DNA of 64,000 nt from the IMG/VR virus record IMGVR_UViG_3300022660_000042; one strand, written 5' to 3'. The stretch comes from a virus. Taxonomy: Duplodnaviria; Heunggongvirae; Uroviricota; Caudoviricetes. The notes beneath the pieces are model-generated. The model had not been told where the DNA came from. It was given only the letters and a program-made list of their open reading frames with translations, and made no database searches. Below are positions 7,202-15,789 of this stretch, one piece after another (the first letter of the stretch is position 1; each line of letters begins with the position of its first letter). A program made the position numbers and the translations under genes.

Positions 7202-8539
7202 TTATTGTAACTTTTTTTCCTCCTTCAAGTTTTTTCTGGAACGTTCTTTTTGTTCTTCAAGTAACTTGTTGAAACCGTCAAGGTCAACGGTAAGGTTATG
7301 CTGTTCACAAAGCATTTGTGTCAAGTCGACAGGAAAACCATAAGTATCATAAAGCTTGAAAGAATCAAAACCAGACAATACATTTCCATCCATCTTGGAA
7401 ACAATATTGTTAAACTGCTTGATTCCGCTATCAAGGTTCTTCAAGAATCTTGATTCTTCATTCTTGATAACTTCAGTTACGAATTCTTGTCTTTCCTTAA
7501 TTTCCGGATATACGTCACCCATTACGTCGATAACAACCGGAACGAGCTTATACATAAACGGTTCATTGATATTTAACATCTTGCAGAACAAAGAACCTCT
7601 GCGAAGAAGCCTTCTCAATACATATCCGCTTCCCTTATTAGAAGGCTGAAGTCCGTCAGTAATAGAAAATACAAGAGAACGAATATGGTCACTGATAACC
7701 CTGTGAGGCGTGCCGGATTCATCATTCTTATATTCTACACCGCTAAGTTCAACAATCTTATCAATAAGTGGTTTAAACAAGTCGGTTTCATAATTACCGT
7801 TTGTATTCTGAAGAATAGAACAAATACGTTCAAATCCCATACCGGTGTCGATATTCTTCGTAGTCAACGGAATAAGCGTTCCATCAGAAAGTCTTTCTTT
7901 CTCCATGAATACAATATTCCAGATTTCTACGTAACGGTCATTTTCACCGTTTACACCAAGGATAGGATCCTTGAATGTTTCTTCTTGAGTATTCAAATCG
8001 CCACGGTCATAATGAATTTCAGAACAGGGACCGCATGGACCAGTATCACCCATTTCCCAGAAGTTATCTTTTTCTCCGAATCTCATAATACGGTCATCAG
8101 GTAGATTGGAAACTTCCTTCCAGATTTTCCAACTTTCATCATCGGTCTTATAAACAGAAACAAACAATCTTTCCTTAGGTAACTTCCATACTTTCGTTAA
8201 AAGCTCCCAAGACCAAGAAATAGATTCCTTTTTATAATAGTCATTGAAAGACCAGTTTCCAAGCATTTCAAAGAACGTATGATGATAGTTATCACGACCG
8301 ACAACATCGAGGTCATTATGCTTTCCAGATACACGTAAGCATTTCTGGCTGTTACATACACGTTTTAATCCTTGCGGGTTTTGACCAAAAAAGATTGGTT
8401 TAAACTGGTTCATTCCGGAATTCGTGAATAACAACGTCGGATCGTTATTGGGAATAACGGAAGAAGACTTGATAAACTGATGATTTTTTGACATAAAGAA
8501 ATCAATAAAACTTTTTCTAATTTCGCTCGAGGTAAGCAT
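7202..8539 (-). CDS. alaS: Alanyl-tRNA synthetase, N-terminal aminoacylation domain only (445 aa)
   Basis: DPTLLFTNSGMNQFK, SQKCLRVSGKHNDL, HHTFFEMLGNWSF, DTGMGFERI, FKLYDTYGFPVDLT; stops before the editing domain. Confidence 0.95.
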   Translation of the reverse strand: MLTSSEIRKSFIDFFMSKNHQFIKSSSVIPNNDPTLLFTNSGMNQFKPIFFGQNPQGLKRVCNSQKCLRVSGKHNDLDVVGRDNYHHTFFEMLGNWSFNDYYKKESISWSWELLTKVWKLPKERLFVSVYKTDDESWKIWKEVSNLPDDRIMRFGEKDNFWEMGDTGPCGPCSEIHYDRGDLNTQEETFKDPILGVNGENDRYVEIWNIVFMEKERLSDGTLIPLTTKNIDTGMGFERICSILQNTNGNYETDLFKPLIDKIVELSGVEYKNDESGTPHRVISDHIRSLVFSITDGLQPSNKGSGYVLRRLLRRGSLFCKMLNINEPFMYKLVPVVIDVMGDVYPEIKERQEFVTEVIKNEESRFLKNLDSGIKQFNNIVSKMDGNVLSGFDSFKLYDTYGFPVDLTQMLCEQHNLTVDLDGFNKLLEEQKERSRKNLKEEKKLQ

Positions 8540-8551
8540 TTTTATTCTCCT

Positions 8552-8587
8552 ATAAAAATTAAAAGGTTCCTGTTGTGCACAGGAACC
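8552..8587 (-). terminator. Attenuator terminator 3 (before alaS)
   Basis: GGTTCCTGT-GCACA-ACAGGAACC + TTTTAATTTTT. Confidence 0.85.
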
Positions 8588-8622
8588 AAAGTTTAGTTAA
8601 TGAATATACCCATACACATATA

Positions 8623-8682
8623 TTATGTCATAATATATGCGGCTGCTGCGAAAATGCGAGTATTTAATATATTCATCGTCAT
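8623..8682 (-). CDS. Putative alaS leader peptide MTMNILNTRIFAAAAYIMT (not in ORF track)
   Basis: Four tandem Ala codons GCA GCA GCC GCA; lies between a TATATA promoter and the terminator. Confidence 0.8.
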   Translation of the reverse strand: MTMNILNTRIFAAAAYIMT

Positions 8683-8723
8683 GTCTTAAATATATATAAT
8701 TTTTCTATTTTTGTAAATGCTTT

Positions 8724-9146
8724 TTATTCAGGATGTTTGATGTCTTCTATTTCTCGTACCATGTCTCTTTCCGGGCTTTCTGAATTTTCATCCAAATAAC
8801 GACCAGTAAGAATCATAGTATCATGGTCGGTAAATTCAAGATTCGGTTTACCTTCGGCCATATTCTCATAGTCCTCAGTAACAAGGTCTCTCCAAGAAGT
8901 ATAACCGATTTGGTCCCAATTCCTATCGAAGAATTGGACTGCATTAGTTCCAACTTCCTTGGCGACAACTGCACCGAACATTCCATCCTTTCGCATTATA
9001 GATAAACCAGAAATGAATTTACCCTTTTTGGTGGCACAAGAATGCATAATCTTCAACGGCTTATTCTCAAAAACAATTCTAAGCATACCGAAAATATCAA
9101 GTGCCTTTACCGGATGTTCAACAGTTTTAATTTCTGGAAGTTCCAT
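8724..9146 (-). CDS. hypothetical protein
   Basis: ORF track. Confidence 0.7.
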   Translation of the reverse strand: MELPEIKTVEHPVKALDIFGMLRIVFENKPLKIMHSCATKKGKFISGLSIMRKDGMFGAVVAKEVGTNAVQFFDRNWDQIGYTSWRDLVTEDYENMAEGKPNLEFTDHDTMILTGRYLDENSESPERDMVREIEDIKHPE

Positions 9147-9679
9147 TAGTATTCAAGCTCCTCTTTATATCCGGCTAAAAGTTTTGCACGGACTTCATCA
9201 AGAACCTTACCAAGGCGGTTTTCGCCTTTCCAGTTTGCCTCGTCATTAATCAACGGGTCAAATTCACCGAGACCGACACCCCAGATTTTGTCAACCGGAC
9301 TAGCTTCGACGAATTTCTTACCTTCAAGGGCAGGATCCGTAATCTTGTCGAACAGAATCTTATTCTGACTATACTTACTCAAACATGCGTTGAGCATGAT
9401 ATTGTAAGAAATCTTATTCCATTCGTCCTGATTAAAACCTTCGACCATACGGCCAAGCTTCTTGGCCTTATAGGAATCAGCTTCCTTGAAATTAAGAGCT
9501 TCAATTTCATTCAGCGTAGCCATATCGTTAAAACAATATGCCTTATGCCACATATAGCATTGTTCAGAACTGAAAAATTCATGAATCTGCCCGTCAAGAC
9601 ACTTGGTCTTCATCGGTGCCCAAGCGAAATTTGACGGCCAGTCGCCCCAAAATAAAATGTGCTTATCTGTAATTGTCAT
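9146..9679 (-). CDS. NADAR (YbiA-like) family hydrolase
   Basis: SSEQCYMWHKA, AKKLGR, FVEASPVDKIWGVGL; start set to MTITDKHILFW. Confidence 0.9.
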   Translation of the reverse strand: MTITDKHILFWGDWPSNFAWAPMKTKCLDGQIHEFFSSEQCYMWHKAYCFNDMATLNEIEALNFKEADSYKAKKLGRMVEGFNQDEWNKISYNIMLNACLSKYSQNKILFDKITDPALEGKKFVEASPVDKIWGVGLGEFDPLINDEANWKGENRLGKVLDEVRAKLLAGYKEELEY

Positions 9680-9680
9680 A

Positions 9681-10406
9681 TTAAATAAACCAAATAATTG
9701 AAGATTTACCGGATTCTTTAAGTTCAATTTTGTCGTAAACTTTACGTATTCTTGTAATCTGCCAAAGGAATGCATCACATGTTTTGGCGTAATCATTTTC
9801 GTCAATTACATTAGTAAATGGAATAGGCGTTTCCTCAGACAGCTTTACATCTGTAAATTTAGTTTCATCAAGCTTATAGTACCAGGCTGGCATTTTCTTC
9901 AGAAACTTATTAAATGTAAATTCAGAATCCTTATTATAAAGTTTACTATGCAAATACAAATGCAATTCGACCAAATCTTCAATAGAAAGAATGAAACCGG
10001 TATTATACTGTTTTTCGTTTGAAGCTTTTTCGATTATCTTGCATCCACGTTTCTTAAGGAACTTAACAGCTTCCTTTCTTAACATAATGCGGGTAAGCTT
10101 TACAATATAATGCTCGTTGGCCTTGTTTCCAATGACAGGAGAATCTTCCTTGAATAAAGCCATATCGTTGAGCTTTTCAAGTGAATTACAATATACTGTC
10201 ATCGAAAGCTCGTCGTTATACAACTTATCAATCAATGCAAGATAACGTTTAAGCTTTTTGTTTTCGACAATACTATAGAAATCACTACAGTAAATGCCAG
10301 AACCTTCTTCACGAACATTATACATTCTTTGATAGACATAAAACGCCAAAGATTCACGTTGACATTCATAGGTGCTTACTATTCTTGATAGTTCATATTT
10401 TGACAT
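9681..10406 (-). CDS. hypothetical protein
   Basis: ORF track. Confidence 0.7.
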   Translation of the reverse strand: MSKYELSRIVSTYECQRESLAFYVYQRMYNVREEGSGIYCSDFYSIVENKKLKRYLALIDKLYNDELSMTVYCNSLEKLNDMALFKEDSPVIGNKANEHYIVKLTRIMLRKEAVKFLKKRGCKIIEKASNEKQYNTGFILSIEDLVELHLYLHSKLYNKDSEFTFNKFLKKMPAWYYKLDETKFTDVKLSEETPIPFTNVIDENDYAKTCDAFLWQITRIRKVYDKIELKESGKSSIIWFI

Positions 10407-10412
10407 TTGTCA

Positions 10413-10727
10413 TCACCCTTTAAGACAATTTAATTCGAGAATATCTTTTAATGCAAATAAATGATTATTGAAAGTATCAATATTTTTTATTTTTAAAAGT
10501 TCTCGTATAGTTTTTTCGTTGCGTTTCATATTAATAACAGCGTACCAAATTGGTTCCTGTGTATCAGCAGTCTTAAGAACCCAAGTACGGGAATTTGGTA
10601 CTTCTGTTACCGAAGGATAGTGTAAATCTGGAGTATTATATGACAATGGATATAAAACATACTTTCCACCGTTTTCTACACGGCAGATAAGCTTATATGA
10701 CAATTTACTCCAAATGTTCCAGGCCAT
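10413..10727 (-). CDS. hypothetical protein
   Basis: ORF track. Confidence 0.65.
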   Translation of the reverse strand: MAWNIWSKLSYKLICRVENGGKYVLYPLSYNTPDLHYPSVTEVPNSRTWVLKTADTQEPIWYAVINMKRNEKTIRELLKIKNIDTFNNHLFALKDILELNCLKG

Positions 10728-10978
10728 TACTTAACTTCTGACTTTAAGAGTTCATCATAGCGCTCACGAATATCGGCGCTGAGTTCCTTGCGTCCTTCGA
10801 CAGCAGAAGAATGAGAAGCCCAGAACGAAATGAGGATAAGCAGGGTAACGAACGGACCCATGCAGATACCCATAGCGGCGAGCAAAACATTAATAGCATT
10901 ATCGAGCTTGACACGCTTAAAGATTACACATGCGTTAAAGATACCGCACAGAATCCAAAGAATTGTACTGATTTCCAT
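10727..10978 (-). CDS. hypothetical membrane protein
   Basis: Hydrophobic helices. Confidence 0.65.
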   Translation of the reverse strand: MEISTILWILCGIFNACVIFKRVKLDNAINVLLAAMGICMGPFVTLLILISFWASHSSAVEGRKELSADIRERYDELLKSEVK

Positions 10979-10979
10979 A

Positions 10980-11552
10980 TTAGTTTTCCTTTTCTGTATT
11001 GTTTAACTGTTCAGTTTCTTGAGTATCAACATATTGACACGTAATTCGATTAATCTTGACCTTAGACATAAAATATTCAGCCATGTCAAGAGTAAATTCT
11101 TCATAAACTTTCGGATTGTTATGACAGATAGATTCAAACAGTTCCTTATAGAGCTTCTGAATATCCTTTTCATAAACATATTCTACATTTGTAAGATACT
11201 TGATTGTCAGACCAACAGCGTCCTGCAATCTCATATCCGGAAAAGCATCATTAATGGATGAATAAATCTTAAACAACTTCTGGTGAACGTTGTCCAGTTC
11301 CTTATAGACCTTTTTGAGGTAATGCTTGAGAGTAAACTTATAATTTACTGGAATGCTCATTTTCTTTGTAAATACATAGCATTCATAAGTAAGTTCATAA
11401 TAATTAATACTGAACTTTGCAACTAGCTGTTGGTCTACATAGCAATTAATGTACTGATATGGTGAATTGACACGTTCCTCAAAGGTAACGCGATCCTTAC
11501 CGAAAACATCAGTACAAATCTTTTTAAAGTATGTTGCATTAATTACGAACAT
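10980..11552 (-). CDS. hypothetical protein
   Basis: ORF track. Confidence 0.7.
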   Translation of the reverse strand: MFVINATYFKKICTDVFGKDRVTFEERVNSPYQYINCYVDQQLVAKFSINYYELTYECYVFTKKMSIPVNYKFTLKHYLKKVYKELDNVHQKLFKIYSSINDAFPDMRLQDAVGLTIKYLTNVEYVYEKDIQKLYKELFESICHNNPKVYEEFTLDMAEYFMSKVKINRITCQYVDTQETEQLNNTEKEN

Positions 11553-11560
11553 TTTATCCC

Positions 11561-11758
11561 CTAGTCGTCAGCATCAAGCCAGCCTTTATGTTTCGCCACA
11601 TCGTATGTAGCAGTAATAATGGATTCAATAGTTTCATCATACTTGTCCTGAAGTAAAAACTTGATATGACTCAAAAACATCTTTTTCGCCTTATCGTCAT
11701 TGTTCTTTGACTGTCTCAAGTTTTCTTCGAGAACTTCTTTAAAATATTGATACATCAA
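11561..11758 (-). CDS. hypothetical protein
   Basis: ORF track. Confidence 0.6.
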   Translation of the reverse strand: MMYQYFKEVLEENLRQSKNNDDKAKKMFLSHIKFLLQDKYDETIESIITATYDVAKHKGWLDADD

Positions 11759-11992
11759 TTACCACCTGATAATAAAATCGTCTGCAGGTTGCTTAAGATA
11801 TTCATCTTTCTTAAATAGCTCATGACAAGCACCGCCGAGTTCTTCACCCAGCCACGATAACGCATTACAAAGATTTCGCCTTTCAACATCATTAAATTCA
11901 AGAGGCTCGCCAAGCTTAAGCTTCAAGTAAAGCTTATTCATATTCTTGCGATGCCAGCTTTCTTGTAAACTGTTCCATGCTTCGTCTGTCAT
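11759..11992 (-). CDS. hypothetical protein
   Basis: ORF track. Confidence 0.65.
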   Translation of the reverse strand: MTDEAWNSLQESWHRKNMNKLYLKLKLGEPLEFNDVERRNLCNALSWLGEELGGACHELFKKDEYLKQPADDFIIRW

Positions 11993-12034
11993 AATACTAC
12001 CTTAAACATAATATAGCAAACTATACTAAGTTCG

Positions 12035-12499
12035 TCAACCCTCTAATATGTCCAACGTCTGTTCAATCTTTTTATTCTGCTGTTCGATATAATACTTCTT
12101 AAGAAGCGCCATCATCTTTTCATATTCTGCGGTAAACATTTCCGGCCAGTTTTTAACATTGGTAGAAACATAAGTACATTCTTTCGATATGTTAGATAAT
12201 ATAAGTTTGTTTCTCATATCCAATCCGCCGATATGTGTAAACTTATATCCATGACGCGGAATATAACGAATCATTATATTCATGCCAGGAAGTCTAGTAT
12301 TACGAAAGAATAACCCGCAAAAAATAGGATGTTCGATTACCCCGCTTACAACCGGACCGCCATAAATCTGGTCATTATAAAATCCATCTGTCTGATGCGG
12401 TATTCCACGTAAATCGAAAAAATCTTCAGCCATTTTCAGCTCAGAATTAAACGCATCTAACGCAGCCATACTATCGATTTTATCTCTCAAAAAGTCCAT
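12035..12499 (-). CDS. hypothetical protein
   Basis: ORF track. Confidence 0.65.
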   Translation of the reverse strand: MDFLRDKIDSMAALDAFNSELKMAEDFFDLRGIPHQTDGFYNDQIYGGPVVSGVIEHPIFCGLFFRNTRLPGMNIMIRYIPRHGYKFTHIGGLDMRNKLILSNISKECTYVSTNVKNWPEMFTAEYEKMMALLKKYYIEQQNKKIEQTLDILEG

Positions 12500-13217
12500 A
12501 GTTCTTCAACTCGTTCCAACGTGTAACAAGAAGCTCGCCATAGGTCTGGCTGCTCATATTATAGCTTCCGCAACTGAATGCGTCATTTACCTCGATAAGA
12601 GCGGTCTCACCGTTATCGAGAACACCTACGTCAAGGCAGTAAGCTTTAGGAGAATCCGTCCAGGCTTTCACCATGTCGTTCACTACTGACTTATCTACCA
12701 TGACATTAGGATCGCCGAAATAATTGCAATAGTCCCTGGCCTCGCCGTTAATAACCGGAATACGATACTCAGTAACCCATTTTACCGGATCCGAGCAAAT
12801 AATCCTGGTACTGTCAGAAGCACCGTCCGTAAGAAACCAATCATCCAATGAATTCAATACGAAACCGGTAAACTTCTTGAGCTTATCTTTCGGCTTGATA
12901 AATACAGATTTTGAAAGCTCGCCATTAAATGCCTTATCCTTCATATATCCAAGACTTCCTTCCCAGATACGGCGTTTCAGGTATTTCTGTAACGGCTCAG
13001 GATAATCGTCATGCTTATAAAGAATCTTGCATTTCTTCATAGCATTGAACATGACAGGAATTTCACCGGCGATGAAATCAACGGCATAGAGATGAAACCG
13101 GTTCTGAAGAAAATGCTTCTTATAGAACGTGGTATATCTTCCCTCACCGAAATAATCGGCGAGTTTCTGCTCATCATGCCCGAGCTTTCCCTTATCATTT
13201 AATTGTAAGTAGTTCAT
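12480..13217 (-). CDS. ATP-grasp domain protein (DUF4343/R2K-like)
   Basis: VFIKP..KKFTG, EYRIPV, YCLDVGV..ALIEVNDAFSCGSY. Confidence 0.8.
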   Translation of the reverse strand: MNYLQLNDKGKLGHDEQKLADYFGEGRYTTFYKKHFLQNRFHLYAVDFIAGEIPVMFNAMKKCKILYKHDDYPEPLQKYLKRRIWEGSLGYMKDKAFNGELSKSVFIKPKDKLKKFTGFVLNSLDDWFLTDGASDSTRIICSDPVKWVTEYRIPVINGEARDYCNYFGDPNVMVDKSVVNDMVKAWTDSPKAYCLDVGVLDNGETALIEVNDAFSCGSYNMSSQTYGELLVTRWNELKNYGLFER

Positions 13218-13771
13218 TCTGCTTTTACGTGTTTAAAACCTAAATTCATTGCTTCGGCGACAGTAATCTCGTCACCGTCCTTATAAGTCTTTCCAGTCTT
13301 TTCATTGGCTTCACCTGATTTGAACGTAGAAGCCTGAACAGGATTTCCCGGATGGAAAGTATACATTACGTCACCGATACCTTCTTCAGGTCCGATAATC
13401 AGAATCGTGAAGTCAACATCCTGACGCTTATCCGTCTTGATACAAAGAGAAAGAAAACCTGTACTCTTCGGATCACGGAAATGGCAGACATCATCTGGGT
13501 TAAAATCGGAAAGGTTGAGCATTCCATGATGGCCATGAATATCTGTGGTAATCACTGCACTGCAACCAGGAGTAAGAACACCTGTAGAATCTATCCACGG
13601 TGACCAATTCGCGCTCATCAGGGCCTTTTCTAAGTCTTCGACTGACGTGTAGTCGGTCGTGGAACCGAGGCCGTTAGAGAGCCTTTGCTTCAGACAAGAA
13701 TTAAAGTAACCCGGAAGGGCATTCTTGGTCTTTTGGATTAAATCATAGATTTGCTTGTTAAAATAGTTCAT
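13214..13771 (-). CDS. hypothetical protein
   Basis: ORF track; likely start MNYFNKQ. Confidence 0.7.
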   Translation of the reverse strand: MNYFNKQIYDLIQKTKNALPGYFNSCLKQRLSNGLGSTTDYTSVEDLEKALMSANWSPWIDSTGVLTPGCSAVITTDIHGHHGMLNLSDFNPDDVCHFRDPKSTGFLSLCIKTDKRQDVDFTILIIGPEEGIGDVMYTFHPGNPVQASTFKSGEANEKTGKTYKDGDEITVAEAMNLGFKHVKAE

Positions 13772-14124
13772 ACCTGAAATTTTTTCCATGCACTAGGGTT
13801 TTGTTCGATTCTCGCGATAAGGTGACAAATAAATTCAGCCACTTCGTTATCGTGAGATGCCGGATAATTCAATATAACTGTTTTATCCGGATTCAACAGA
13901 TGGATAAGCATATTGATAGCTTCCTTATCGGATATTGTCGGCCAAAGATGCTTATCATTATCATGCAGACTTTTGAATTTTGCCATGTATTCCTTGGCGA
14001 GAGCTTTGTTCTTTTTTCGCATAGTCCACCAGTCAAGGAACCAAAAACCCAAACCAAGTCCGAGACAGAAACAAATTCCGATTACCACGACTCTGAGTAA
14101 AAACTCTACAGAAAGTAACAACAT
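13768..14124 (-). CDS. hypothetical membrane-anchored protein
   Basis: N-terminal TM segment. Confidence 0.6.
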   Translation of the reverse strand: MLLLSVEFLLRVVVIGICFCLGLGLGFWFLDWWTMRKKNKALAKEYMAKFKSLHDNDKHLWPTISDKEAINMLIHLLNPDKTVILNYPASHDNEVAEFICHLIARIEQNPSAWKKFQV

Positions 14125-14330
14125 TATTGGTTATCCTTATCTGCGTTCTTTTGCATTTCAACTTGGCTCTGGAACTGCGGGGACTTAGAAAGCATTTCTG
14201 CTTGCTTTGCAAGTTCGAGAAGATTTCCCATAAGAATATTCGAAATAATCTTTTCTTCAGCAGAGTCTGTATTATTATGAAGCAATTCAAGGCGTCGAGC
14301 CGTAGCTTTCAATTCATCGATAGCAATCAT
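14124..14330 (-). CDS. hypothetical protein
   Basis: ORF track. Confidence 0.6.
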   Translation of the reverse strand: MIAIDELKATARRLELLHNNTDSAEEKIISNILMGNLLELAKQAEMLSKSPQFQSQVEMQKNADKDNQ

Positions 14331-14332
14331 TT

Positions 14333-14881
14333 TTATCCTAACAAGTTAAGTTTTTCAATCAGTGCAAGGCGAGCTTTTTCACGGATTTCCTGAAGTTGTA
14401 TTTCGTCAAGAATTTTCGGATTTTCATTCTTTTCGCTGATAGTCATACGTTCCATAGAACAGATATGCTTTCCGTTTTCAGAAACGTCGATAGCCGTATA
14501 GCCGGACTGTTTCGGCATATTCAAACGGATATTACAGTCAATAGATACTTCAATTTCGTACTTTACTGCGTCATCCTGATGATAGACATTCTTTACTTCC
14601 CTGATTTTTACAAGTCTGTAACCAGTATCACCTTCATAAGAATAACGGTCAGAGCCGTGGAGCTTTACCCACTTTCCTTCGTACTTATCCTTATACTTCT
14701 GGATAACCTTTTCGTAATATTCTTTGTTTTCGAGTTCTTTGAGCTTGGCGTTGCACTGGTCAAGCAAGGCACGAATCTGCTTAGCGTTCATACCGCTGAC
14801 GTCGATGACTTTGAGATCAGTATTAATCTTATGCTTCATAGCGAGGACTTTGGTGTCCGTTGTTTTAATCTTATTCTTCAT
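14333..14881 (-). CDS. hypothetical protein
   Basis: ORF track; promoter 14888-14916. Confidence 0.7.
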   Translation of the reverse strand: MKNKIKTTDTKVLAMKHKINTDLKVIDVSGMNAKQIRALLDQCNAKLKELENKEYYEKVIQKYKDKYEGKWVKLHGSDRYSYEGDTGYRLVKIREVKNVYHQDDAVKYEIEVSIDCNIRLNMPKQSGYTAIDVSENGKHICSMERMTISEKNENPKILDEIQLQEIREKARLALIEKLNLLG

Positions 14882-14930
14882 GCGCTAAATATAATAAAAA
14901 ATACCCGTTTTGTAAACGGGTATTTTTTCG

Positions 14931-15043
14931 TCGGAGAGGCACGGCTCGAACGTGCGACCTGCGGGTTATAAGCCATTAATAGGAACAACCTGTGCCATGA
15001 GCGGGTAGTAAAGTACGCTGCTCTACCACTGAGCTACTCTCCA
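14931..15043 (-). tRNA. tRNA with a 41-nt structured insertion; spliced form GCGGG-CTTATAA-CCCGC = tRNA-Ile(TAT)
   Basis: Canonical acceptor, D and T arms; insert lies between nt 29 and 30. Confidence 0.75.
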
Positions 15044-15057
15044 AAAGTAAACTTAAA

Positions 15058-15240
15058 AGTGTCCGATACGATTCACATATCTTTATCACGAACTACGACA
15101 CGAAGCCCGGAGCGAACACGTTACAACTATTACGCTCATAGCCGGCCGCATTAACGCATCGGCGACGCCACACGCTCATATATAGTCATTTGCGCAAAAC
15201 TATATACTTTTACGGTTGAAGACTCCGTATCGGCATGGAT
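15058..15240 (-). ncRNA. Candidate structured ncRNA
   Basis: Terminal stem CCGATACG/CGTATCGG with internal hairpins; no ORF. Confidence 0.45.
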
Positions 15241-15251
15241 TCTTTTAAAAG

Positions 15252-15409
15252 TTGGCGGGAAGTAAAACCAATAAGAACAATGCATGTTAAAATAGGAACT
15301 TCCTGTGCCTAAAATCAAAGGGGCGCGACTCTAATGGCTCCAGCCCGAAATGAAACCCGTTTAGCTAATCCAGATTTCAAATGATGTTCGCCAAACATCT
15401 TCTCGCCAA
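15252..15409 (-). ncRNA. Structured RNA ending in a module copy (15254-15309), with an alternative terminal stem
   Basis: GGC-ACA-GGAAGT-TCCTAT...ACTTCC-C-GCC; upstream TTGGCGAGAAG can pair with CTTCCCGCCAA. Confidence 0.6.
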
Positions 15410-15414
15410 TTTTA

Positions 15415-15490
15415 TAGCGGGAGTTGGATTCGAACCAACGACCTTTGGATTATGAGCCCAACGAGCTAAACCGGACTGCTCTATCCCGCG
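15415..15490 (-). tRNA. tRNA-fMet(CAT)
   Basis: CGCGGGA acceptor, C1 unpaired, loop CT-CAT-AA. Confidence 0.85.
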
Positions 15491-15648
15491 TCAAAACTAA
15501 AAATATGGTAAGTGGCCGACACTGTTCAAGACACGCATTCAATTCCTCGTGCACTAGGCAGAACTCTGGAATTTACTTAATGTCAGCCTTAAGGCACACT
15601 TACCGTACCTACAGTCTTTTCTTTTAAGTAGAAAGAAAATATATGTAA

Positions 15649-15768
15649 AAATAAACTCAGTTGCTTTAAAGTAGAAGAACATGAAATAACTCGGCTGCTT
15701 TGAAGTAGAAGAGCTTTGAAATAACTCAGTTCTTTGAAGTAGAAGAACCTGAAATAACTCAGTTTTTT
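15649..15768. repeat. Tandem repeat, 33-35 bp unit, about 3.5 copies
   Basis: AAATAACTCAGTT(G)CTTTGAAGTAGAAGA repeated head to tail. Confidence 0.85.
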
Positions 15769-15789
15769 ATGGAAACTTTGAAAAACCGT

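Noticed and set aside
8552-8700. T-box riboswitch upstream of alaS
   Set aside because: No T-box consensus or specifier stem; a poly-Ala ORF plus terminator explains the region better.
15649-15768. CRISPR mini-array
   Set aside because: Units are contiguous with no unique spacers and there are no cas genes in the window.
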